The notes under the pieces: generated by a model
Told to the model about the DNA's origin: nothing
Databases searched by the model: none
What the model saw: only the letters and a program-made list of their open reading frames with translations
Made by a program: the position numbers and the translations under genes
Shown here: positions 26,613 through 34,146 of the stretch, piece after piece
Position numbering within the stretch: position 1 is the first letter of the stretch
Layout: each line of letters opens with the position of its first letter
NCBI GenBank assembly: GCA_000993275.1
Contig: LBVV01000012.1
Coordinates: forward strand, 1 to 34,146
DNA: 34,146 bases
Origin: a candidate division CPR2 bacterium GW2011_GWC2_39_10
GTDB lineage: Bacteria > Patescibacteriota > CPR2
Reading direction: 5' to 3'

Positions 26613-26779
26613 TTTGAGTTTTGCTTTTTATTCTTAAAATAGGCTACGACGGCTAGCGATAGTGTAATTAATGCTATTAAATCAAAAATAGCAGCTAGTA
26701 AATCTCCCGTGACACGACCAATAATTAGACTAATACCCCCCATAAAAGCTAAAATTTTTGGTGATAATAATTTATTCAT
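26609..26779 (-). CDS. Small hydrophobic protein (56 aa), not in the ORF track
   Basis: Manual translation gives MNKLLSPKILAFMGGISLIIGRVTGDLLAAIFDLIALITLSLAVVAYFKNKKQNSN. AAAAGGAG Shine-Dalgarno and an upstream TATACT -10. Convergent with panD, overlapping it by 4 nt. Confidence 0.35.
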   Translation of the reverse strand: MNKLLSPKILAFMGGISLIIGRVTGDLLAAIFDLIALITLSLAVVAYFKNKKQNSN

Positions 26780-27031
26780 TTTTTCTCCTTTTATTAAGTA
26801 TAGTATGAAAGATATTTTATAAAATGGCTATTCTTAATCATGGCTTTTTTGTTTCATTTGTGCTAATATCCAGGCATATTTAAGCCATCGGAGAGTAATA
26901 AAGGGGGAATTATTTTGAAGAGAATGGCTAATTTATTTAGGAGGGGGTGCATTGACAATTAAATATTGTTTTTAGCGGACGTGCTTACAATGTTTAAGAG
27001 AAAAATTTGATTGTAGAGGAGGGAAAAGACA

Positions 27032-30000
27032 GTGGAAATTACACGTTTTTACCGAAAACCGGCTTTATCGGTTTCCGGTACAAGACAACTGCTTGATCAT
27101 GTTCAAAATGTGCTTGGCTTTGAAGTTCCAAGAATCCGCACGGAAACTTGCTATTATGTCGAATCGGACAAGCCGCTAACACGAGGCGAGATTGCAAAAA
27201 TGCGGTATCTTCTTGCTGAAACGTTTGAACCACAGAATCTGGCAAGAGTGACGTTTCTATCTAAGAACAGCCGGAAACACAAAACAATTCTTGAAGTTGG
27301 ATCAAGACTGAGCTTTGAGACTCCCTGGTCATCCAGTGCGGTGGCAATTTGTCATCGCTGTGGCATTACAAAAGTTAATCGAATTGAGCGCTCTGTAAGA
27401 ATCGCTTTGCCGGTTAAGGTGTCCGATTCTCAAAAGATGGATATCTTAAAGCCGCTTTATGATCGGATGACTCAGGCAATCTATGACAAGCCACTTCGCA
27501 GTTTCGATTTGGGAGTTGTGCCGGAGCCGGTCCGGACAATTCCGGTTTTGGAAGAAGGGCCGGAGGTTCTATATCGGTTCAACGTTGAACTGGGTTGCGC
27601 TTGGGATGATGCAGACATCATGGATTACATATATCCGATGTTTGCTCACGATCTCAAAAGAAATCCTACTGACGTTGAATTGTTTCAAATCGCACAGTCA
27701 ACAACTGCCGAGCATTCACGGCACTGGTTCTTTAAGGGTGAGCTTGTCATCGATGGTGAGCCTGTGCCCGAAAAGGACTTGATGGAGATCATCAAGACGC
27801 CGTGGAAGCGAAATCCCGGTAATTCGGTAATTGCTTTTGATGATGACAGTTCGGCAATTAGGGGTAGCAAGGTAAAGCTTCTTATGGCATCTGATCCGTC
27901 TAAACCGAGTCAGATAGTTACAAAAGAGGTGGTGGCACATCCAACACTTACTGCCGAAACCCACAACTTTCCATCCGGAATCGCACCGTATCCCGGTGCC
28001 GCTACCGGAACCGGTGGCCGAATTAGAGATAATCAGGCTGTCGGTCGCGGTGGACTAGTTGGGGTCGGAGGAACAATGTACTGTGTGGGACATCTCCGTA
28101 TTCCCGGTTATGATTTGCCATGGGAACAAGATGGCTGGTGGCATTCACGCGATTTGGCTTCACCGTTGGATATCAAAATCAAGGCATCCAACGGAGCGTC
28201 TGATTATGGCAACTGTTTTGGTGAGCCGGTGATCTATGGTTCTGCAAGAAGCTTTGCCATGAAAACCTTAGATAGTGAGTACCGTGCTTGGCATAAACCA
28301 ATTATGTACACGGTTGGCGCCGGAAGGATTTTAGACGACCACATTAAAAAGGGTCAGCCTGAATCCGGCATGATTGTTGCGCAGGTGGGTGGCCCGCCTT
28401 ACCTCATTGGTATGGGTGGCGGTTCAGCCAGCAGTATGTCGCAAGGTGAGAACAAGGAAGACTTGAACCACAATGCGGCTCAACGTGGCAATCCGGAAAT
28501 GGAACAGCGCATGAACCGGTTTATGAGGGCATGTATCGAGCTTGGCGAAGCCAACCCAATCATTTCAGCGCATGATTTAGGTGCTGGTGGCGATTGCAAT
28601 GCTTTACCGGAGATAGTTGATCCTGCGGGTGCTATCATCAAGCTACGTAATATCCCCGTCGGTGATAAAACGCTGTCGGTGTTAGGCATCTGGGGTAACG
28701 AGTCTCAAGAGAGAAATGCTATCTTAGTATGGCCGGACAAGCTGGAGCTGCTGAAGAAAATCGCAAGCAGGGAAAATGTTCCACTTGCGGTGGTCGGTGA
28801 GGTTACCGGAGATGGTCAGCTAGTCGTTGTTGATGATAACGATGGTTCAACTCCGGTAAATCTGCCGCTAGGCAAGATCCTCGGCGAGCTGCCTCGAAAG
28901 ACCTTCCGGCTTACTCGCAAGAAACCAGTTCTTAAGCCTCTCGAAATACCAAAAGATTTAACAGTAGATGGGGCTTTGTGCGAAGTCATGCGACTGGTCT
29001 CAGTTGGTTCAAAACGGTTTCTTACTACTAAGGTAGATCGGAGTGTTACCGGTTTAATTGCCCAGCAGCAATGCGTGGGCCCAAATCAGCTCACTTTGTC
29101 CGATTACGCTGTGATTGCCGACAGCTACCAAGAGAAGACTTCAGGAGTTGCTTTAAGTATAGGCGAGAAGCCAATCATCGGTCTTATTAACCCCAAAGCC
29201 GGGGTGCGTATGAGCTTTGCCGAAGCACTTTTTAACATGGCACCGGCAGTCATCACGAAAAGAGAGGATATCAGACTTTCACTTAATTGGATGGCTTTAG
29301 CCAAAAAAGACGGTGAAGGCGCTGATATCTATGATGGCGCATGTGCTGCTAGAGACATTTGCTTGGATTGGAAAATTGCCATTGATGGCGGTAAAGACAG
29401 TCTTTCTATGGCAAGTAAAGTTACCGATCCTTATGGAAATGTTCACACGGCAAAGGCACCTATGGAAGCAGTGGCTGCGTTTTATGCCCCAATGCCCGAT
29501 GTAACCTGTAAGGTTACGCCGGATCTTAAAGAGGAAGGAAACTTCTTGTTGCTTATTGATTCGGCAAGAGGCAAGAATCGTCTTGGAGGATCAGCCTTTG
29601 CTTATGTAAATGGTCAACTTGGAGACGAAGTTCCGGATGTTGATGACCCAATGCTGGTAAAACGAAGCTTTGAAGCAATTCAAGAGCTTGTTAAAGCTGG
29701 TATGATTGTATCAGCGCATGACCGGATTGGTGATGGCGGTCTTCTTGTAAATATCCTCGAAATGGCGTTTGCCGGTAACTGCGGGTTGAATTTAGACCTC
29801 ACCAGTTATAGCAGTGAAATGTTCGAGGTTCTCTTTAGCGAAGAGGCGGGAATGATCGTTGAGTGCAAAAAACTCGGAGAGGTTATGGCGTTTCTTGCAA
29901 AGAGAGATATTCCATCTGTGCATCTAGGTGAGGTTGGAAGACAAAACGGGATGATCTCATTGAATTTCAATAACGAAACTGTGCTGCAAAAGCGCATGGT

Positions 30001-30964
30001 GAACCTAAGAGAAATTTGGGAAGAAACCAGTAGCCGTATTGACGAGCTTCAAGCCAACCCGGAATGTGTTCGACAAGAGAGAAGCGTCAACAGTCTCCTT
30101 ATCAGACCGTTGCCGCATAAAGTTACGTTTCAGCCGATTTCGACGTCAAGTTCAATTCTGAATCACCCGGATAAGCCCAAAGTGGCGATGCTACGGGAAC
30201 AGGGAACAAATGGTGATCGGGAGATGACGGCAGCCTTTATGGCAGCCGGTTTCGATGTCTGGGATGTTATAACTACAGACATTATCGAAAAACGTATTAC
30301 TATGGATTCATTCCGAGGCTTGGTATTGCCGGGAGGATTCTCTTTCGGTGATGTTCTTGATGCCGGTAAAGGCTGGGCGGCAGTTGCACGGTTCAATCCA
30401 ATTCTTGCCAATGAGCTTGCTATGTTTTTTGCAAGACCGGACACCTTCAGTTTCGGTGTTTGTAATGGTTGCCAGGCGATGGCGCTTATCGGAGTTCCGG
30501 GGTTTGACTTGCCTGATGAGAAAAAGTTTAGGTTTATTCAGAACGTCTCCGATCGATTTGAGTCACGCTACTCTGCGGTAAAGATTATGGATAGCCCGGC
30601 GATCATGCTAAAAGGCATGGCAGGTTCGATTCTTCCTATCTGGGTTGCTCACGGCGAAGGCCGTTTCTACTGCCCGGACGAAGAAGTGCTTGATGAGATT
30701 CTATTCAACAATCTAGCACCGATCCGATACGTTGATTCGTGTGGAAGTCAGACAACGGTTTACCCCTTCAACCCAAACGGCAGCACAGATGGTATTGCTG
30801 CCATATGTTCTTCTGATGGACGACATCTTATCATGATGCCGCATCCGGAACGAGGATATATCAAGTGGCAGCTAGCACATATTTCTAAGGAGTGGCAATC
30901 ATTCGATGTTAGTCCGCTCCTAAGGATGTTTCAAAACGCATACGCATGGTGTATGCCAAACTAA
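27032..30964 (+). CDS. purL: Phosphoribosylformylglycinamidine synthase, single-chain large PurL
   Basis: 1310 aa with N-terminal, FGAM-synthetase and C-terminal GATase domains. GTG start after a GAGGAGGG Shine-Dalgarno. Noticeably GC-richer than flanking genes. Confidence 0.9.
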   Translation: MEITRFYRKPALSVSGTRQLLDHVQNVLGFEVPRIRTETCYYVESDKPLTRGEIAKMRYLLAETFEPQNLARVTFLSKNSRKHKTILEVGSRLSFETPWSSSAVAICHRCGITKVNRIERSVRIALPVKVSDSQKMDILKPLYDRMTQAIYDKPLRSFDLGVVPEPVRTIPVLEEGPEVLYRFNVELGCAWDDADIMDYIYPMFAHDLKRNPTDVELFQIAQSTTAEHSRHWFFKGELVIDGEPVPEKDLMEIIKTPWKRNPGNSVIAFDDDSSAIRGSKVKLLMASDPSKPSQIVTKEVVAHPTLTAETHNFPSGIAPYPGAATGTGGRIRDNQAVGRGGLVGVGGTMYCVGHLRIPGYDLPWEQDGWWHSRDLASPLDIKIKASNGASDYGNCFGEPVIYGSARSFAMKTLDSEYRAWHKPIMYTVGAGRILDDHIKKGQPESGMIVAQVGGPPYLIGMGGGSASSMSQGENKEDLNHNAAQRGNPEMEQRMNRFMRACIELGEANPIISAHDLGAGGDCNALPEIVDPAGAIIKLRNIPVGDKTLSVLGIWGNESQERNAILVWPDKLELLKKIASRENVPLAVVGEVTGDGQLVVVDDNDGSTPVNLPLGKILGELPRKTFRLTRKKPVLKPLEIPKDLTVDGALCEVMRLVSVGSKRFLTTKVDRSVTGLIAQQQCVGPNQLTLSDYAVIADSYQEKTSGVALSIGEKPIIGLINPKAGVRMSFAEALFNMAPAVITKREDIRLSLNWMALAKKDGEGADIYDGACAARDICLDWKIAIDGGKDSLSMASKVTDPYGNVHTAKAPMEAVAAFYAPMPDVTCKVTPDLKEEGNFLLLIDSARGKNRLGGSAFAYVNGQLGDEVPDVDDPMLVKRSFEAIQELVKAGMIVSAHDRIGDGGLLVNILEMAFAGNCGLNLDLTSYSSEMFEVLFSEEAGMIVECKKLGEVMAFLAKRDIPSVHLGEVGRQNGMISLNFNNETVLQKRMVNLREIWEETSSRIDELQANPECVRQERSVNSLLIRPLPHKVTFQPISTSSSILNHPDKPKVAMLREQGTNGDREMTAAFMAAGFDVWDVITTDIIEKRITMDSFRGLVLPGGFSFGDVLDAGKGWAAVARFNPILANELAMFFARPDTFSFGVCNGCQAMALIGVPGFDLPDEKKFRFIQNVSDRFESRYSAVKIMDSPAIMLKGMAGSILPIWVAHGEGRFYCPDEEVLDEILFNNLAPIRYVDSCGSQTTVYPFNPNGSTDGIAAICSSDGRHLIMMPHPERGYIKWQLAHISKEWQSFDVSPLLRMFQNAYAWCMPN

Positions 30965-30985
30965 ATAGCGACTAGTTCGTTAATA

Positions 30986-31031
30986 AGACCCTGACAGGAT
31001 GTCACCTTGACAACCTTGAAGGGTCTTTTTC
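30986..31031 (+). terminator. Structured terminator, twin of 21065-21112
   Basis: agaccc...tgaca-gga-tgtca...ccttgaagggtct followed by a T-run. Confidence 0.55.
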
Positions 31032-31135
31032 TTTTAGCTTCATAAAGCCACTAAATTTAAAGATCAAATTTTTTCAAAACAGTAATGTGTCATTTGCGGA
31101 TATTTTAATTTAATAAGCCTGTTATAATCTAATGG

Positions 31136-33469
31136 ATGAAAAGAGTTCAAATAAGTGTAATTGGGATTGTACAGGGGGTTGGTTTTAGGCCTCTTACTTT
31201 TAATTTGGCTAAAAAATTCAATTTGGCTGGTTTTGTTTTAAATGATTCCCTGGGAGTTAAAATTGAGATTGAGGGAAGGGCGGAGGATGTAGACAATTTT
31301 ATTTTAGAACTGAAAAACAATCCCCCAAAATCTTCAAAAATTGAAAGAATTAGTATTAAGGAAATTGATTTTAAAAAAGAGACGAGTTTTTTAATAAAGC
31401 AAAGTAAAAATACTAATAACCGCCAAAATATTTCCTCAGATTTGGCGTTATGCAAGGATTGTGAAAAAGAATTATTTGATCCCAAAAACAGGCGTTACCG
31501 CTATCCGTTTATTAACTGCTATAACTGCGGGCCGCGTTTTACGATTATTAGAAAAATGCCTTATGACCGTAAGAATACGACAATGGCAGATTTTAAGATG
31601 TGTCCGGAGTGCGAGGCGGAGTATAAAGACCCTTCTAATAGGCGTTTTCATGCCGAGCCTATTGCTTGTTCAAAGTGCGGGCCGGTAATTGCAGGAATCA
31701 GGAATCAGGAATCAGGAATCAACGTAATAGGCGAAGAAGCGATTCAGGAGACCATAAAGTTTATTAAAGAAGGCAAGATAGTGACCATTAAAGGGTTGGG
31801 AGGGTTTCAACTGGCATGTGACGCTACTAACGAAAAAGCCGTATCCGAACTAAGAAAAAGAAAAAACCGCCCAACAAAGCCCCTGGCTTTGATGGTTAGA
31901 GATTTGGAAGTGGCCGAGGAATACACAAAATTTCAAAAGGATTCGACCGTTTTAGAGGGTCTAACCCTCTTGGGGCAAGAGTCGCCTATTGTCCTTCTTG
32001 AGAAAAGAGGAAGCGATGTTTCGAATCTTATTGCTCCTAATCAACAAGATCTCGGAATAATGCTTCCCTATACGCCGCTTCATAAACTGATTTTTGAAAA
32101 CTTAGAAATTGCGCTGGTTATGACTTCGGGTAATATAAGCGGAGAGCCTATTATCACAGACAATAATGAGGCTTTGGAGAAGTTGGCCAAAATTGCTGAT
32201 TATTTTTTAATGAATGATCGAGATATTCATTCCGGTTATGACGATTCGGTGGTAAAGGTGGTGGATGGGGAAGTGCAGGTTATTAGAATGGCTAGGGGAT
32301 ATGCGCCAAAAAAAAATACTATTAATGATAATTTACCGCCCATGCTGGCTGTTGGCGGGGATTTAAAAAGTACTTTTGCTTTAGCTTGTGGTAACGAAGT
32401 TTATATAAGTCAGTATCTCGGGGATCTTCAAGGTTTTGATAATTTAAAAAGGTTCGAGGAAACGATATCCCTATATCAAAACCTATTCAAAATTAAACCC
32501 AAGTATATTGTTCATGATTTACATCCCGGCTATTTTTCAACAAAATGGGCTATAAAGCAGGGGATAGAAACTATTGCAGTCGGGCATCACAAAGCTCACA
32601 TTGCCAGCGTTATAGCAGAGCATCAAGTAAAAGAGCAGGTAGTTGGCGTTGCGTTTGATGGCTTGGGTTATGGGGAAGATGGTAATTTATGGGGCGGAGA
32701 GTTTTTTGTGGGTGATTTGGGCAGCTTGGAAAGAGCGGCCCATTTTGATTATTTTGCTCTGCCGGGTGGCGATGTGGCCGCTAAGGAACCATGGCGGGTG
32801 GCGGTATCGCTTTTATTTAAGGCAGGAGTTTCCGAACAAAAAATTAAATCTCTGTTTCCGAATAAGGATTTTATCAGCATAAAAAAGTTGATCGAACTAA
32901 AAATTAATTCGCCATTAACTTCAAGCGCGGGTAGAATATTTGACGCGGTGGCGGCTATTTTAGGCTTTGATGGACCTGTGACTTATGAAGGTGAAGCGGC
33001 AATGTGGCTAGAGAATTTAGCCTCTTTTTCTTGTCATTCGGAACTTGATTCAGAATCCTATCGTGCATCCCGAGAAGCTGGATTCCGGGTCAAGCCCGGA
33101 ATGACAAATGGGGATGGTTTTTATCCCCTTATTCTTAATACCCGAACAATTAATTTAGACAAAATGTTTGTTCAAATTATTAAGGATTTAGAAAACGGTG
33201 TTAAAAAAGAAACTGTTGCTGCTATGTTTCAAAACACTATTGTTGAGATAATTTTACAAAAAGCTGCTAATTTGGCCAGCGAGAATCAAATAAATGCGGT
33301 TGCATTATCCGGCGGCGTGTTCCAGAATAGTTTTGTCTTAAGCGTATCCGTTAAAAAACTAAGAGCAAAAGGCCTAAAAGTCTATTATAATAAAGAAGTC
33401 CCCATAAACGATGGCGGAATTGCTTTAGGCCAAGTTATTCTGGGAGCAAAATACTTGAAGAGGGTCTAA
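31136..33469 (+). CDS. hypF: [NiFe]-hydrogenase maturation carbamoyltransferase HypF
   Basis: Acylphosphatase VQGVGFRP, two CxxC-x18-CxxC zinc fingers, YrdC domain (IKGLGGFQLACDA) and Kae1-like C-terminus (LSGGVFQN). Contains the in-frame repeat insertions listed in the findings. Confidence 0.85.
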   Translation: MKRVQISVIGIVQGVGFRPLTFNLAKKFNLAGFVLNDSLGVKIEIEGRAEDVDNFILELKNNPPKSSKIERISIKEIDFKKETSFLIKQSKNTNNRQNISSDLALCKDCEKELFDPKNRRYRYPFINCYNCGPRFTIIRKMPYDRKNTTMADFKMCPECEAEYKDPSNRRFHAEPIACSKCGPVIAGIRNQESGINVIGEEAIQETIKFIKEGKIVTIKGLGGFQLACDATNEKAVSELRKRKNRPTKPLALMVRDLEVAEEYTKFQKDSTVLEGLTLLGQESPIVLLEKRGSDVSNLIAPNQQDLGIMLPYTPLHKLIFENLEIALVMTSGNISGEPIITDNNEALEKLAKIADYFLMNDRDIHSGYDDSVVKVVDGEVQVIRMARGYAPKKNTINDNLPPMLAVGGDLKSTFALACGNEVYISQYLGDLQGFDNLKRFEETISLYQNLFKIKPKYIVHDLHPGYFSTKWAIKQGIETIAVGHHKAHIASVIAEHQVKEQVVGVAFDGLGYGEDGNLWGGEFFVGDLGSLERAAHFDYFALPGGDVAAKEPWRVAVSLLFKAGVSEQKIKSLFPNKDFISIKKLIELKINSPLTSSAGRIFDAVAAILGFDGPVTYEGEAAMWLENLASFSCHSELDSESYRASREAGFRVKPGMTNGDGFYPLILNTRTINLDKMFVQIIKDLENGVKKETVAAMFQNTIVEIILQKAANLASENQINAVALSGGVFQNSFVLSVSVKKLRAKGLKVYYNKEVPINDGGIALGQVILGAKYLKRV

Positions 33470-33493
33470 CCCTCCTAAAAGAGGGTTAGACCC
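33462..33493 (+). repeat. Perfect 13-bp inverted repeat hairpin overlapping the hypF stop codon
   Basis: GGGTCTAACCCTC-ctaaaa-GAGGGTTAGACCC with no T-run after it. Sits between hypF and hypC. Confidence 0.5.
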
Positions 33494-33507
33494 TCAAAAG
33501 GAAAAAA

Positions 33508-33717
33508 ATGTGCTTAGCGGTGCCGGGAAAAATCATCAAAATAAATAAAGATATTGCGACGGTAGATTTTGGGGGTGTTGAAACCAAAGTCGGTTTGCAT
33601 TTGGTTGATAGCCCAAAAGTGGGGGATTGGGTTATTTCCCATGCCGGTATGGCAATTCATAAGATGACGGAGTGTGAGGCAAGAAAAGTATTCAGGGCGT
33701 TTGAGGGCAAAGTATAG
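33508..33717 (+). CDS. hypC: Hydrogenase maturation factor HypC
   Basis: MCLAVPGKI... N-terminal signature, ~70 aa, AAAGGA Shine-Dalgarno. Confidence 0.8.
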   Translation: MCLAVPGKIIKINKDIATVDFGGVETKVGLHLVDSPKVGDWVISHAGMAIHKMTECEARKVFRAFEGKV

Positions 33718-33925
33718 TTCGTCCTTGTCATTCTGCCTGTCTCGTTTGGCACTCACCAAGACGGGCCTGTCTCGATCCAAGGCGGGCGAAAGCAGGATTC
33801 TAGGAGGAGGAACTGGGTTCCTTGTCCCTTACAAGTCGGGCAGGCAAGCCAGGGATGAAAGAGAGTATGGATCCCGGATCAACTGATTATATTTTTTATA
33901 GGTATAGTCCGGGATGACAATAAGA
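33718..33925. repeat. Composite repeat element between hypC and hypD
   Basis: Termini ccTTGTCATTCtg (33723-) and ccgGGATGACAAtaag (-33924) resemble the TIRs of the 18779 and 33030 elements. Two tandem GC hairpins gcctgtctcg...ccaagacgggc and gcctgtctcgatccaaggcgggc at 33735-33787. Flanking direct repeat gtatagt at 33712 and 33902. Confidence 0.5.
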
Positions 33926-33933
33926 AAGCAAAT

Positions 33934-34146
33934 ATGAAAATATTAAAAGATATAAACAACAAAGCTAAACACCTAAAAAAACCCATCAAGATCATGGAGG
34001 TTTGCGGTACCCACACTATGGCGATTGCCAAAAATGGGCTTAAAAGTTTATTGCCGGAAAATATCCAGCTAATTTCTGGGCCCGGATGTCCGGTCTGTGT
34101 TACCGATCAAAGCGATATTGAAAAGATTATTTATTTGTCTTTACTT
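33934..34146 (+). CDS. hypD: Hydrogenase maturation factor HypD (5' partial, runs off window)
   Basis: Manual translation gives MKILKDINNKAKHLKKPIKIMEVCGTHTMAIAKNGLKSLLPENIQLISGPGCPVCV. The CGTH and GPGCPVC HypD motifs are present. Confidence 0.75.
   Translation, partial: MKILKDINNKAKHLKKPIKIMEVCGTHTMAIAKNGLKSLLPENIQLISGPGCPVCVTDQSDIEKIIYLSLL

Noticed and set aside
26830-27031. Possible purine or ZTP riboswitch upstream of purL
   Set aside because: There is an atggctt...aagccat stem. None of the conserved riboswitch cores (ZTP or purine aptamer junction sequences) could be recognised by eye. A covariance-model search would be needed.
31692-31719. Possible CRISPR array (short direct repeats)
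   Set aside because: The 7-nt units are tandem without spacers and sit inside the hypF coding sequence. No CRISPR repeat-spacer architecture or cas genes were found anywhere in the window.

Overview
This is a low-GC bacterial chromosomal segment. Gene content and low GC suggest a Patescibacteria/CPR-like or other Gram-positive-type lineage, though that is not decisive. It is dense with housekeeping genes:

- Translation: rpmB, the infC-rpmI-rplT operon, glyQS, tRNA-Pro(GGG), tRNA-Lys(CUU) and RNase P RNA.
- tRNA modification: miaB-miaA.
- Cell wall and envelope: murT-gatD, an M23 peptidase, a DUF4446-bactofilin-DAG-kinase operon, an FtsX-type ABC exporter and NfeD-flotillin.
- Metabolism: a single-chain purL, an orphan panD, peptidase M20 and a NUDIX hydrolase.
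- [NiFe]-hydrogenase maturation: hypF-hypC-hypD, with hypD running off the window end.

The unusual signal is in the non-coding DNA, where at least four short dispersed repeat families occur:

1. A MITE-like family with GTCATTCC / GGAATGAC termini. One copy has 17-bp TIRs and an 8-bp target duplication next to tRNA-Lys. One copy is a 78-nt in-frame insertion inside hypF. One copy is a 200-bp element between hypC and hypD.
2. GC-rich hairpins (GCCTGTCTCG...CCAAGGCGGGC) at three loci.
3. An AT-rich ~110-bp element at two loci. A related IR-flanked 87-nt insertion sits inside the RNase P RNA gene between P3 and P4.
4. CAGGAA-type heptamer motifs, including a (CAGGAAT)x4 tract inside hypF.

Other points: infC uses an AUA/AUU-class non-AUG start and is missing from the ORF track. 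A C39-like peptidase, SET methyltransferase and cupin form a tightly coupled operon of unknown function. Two tandem HD-domain genes and purL lie in visibly GC-richer DNA. No CRISPR array or rRNA was found.
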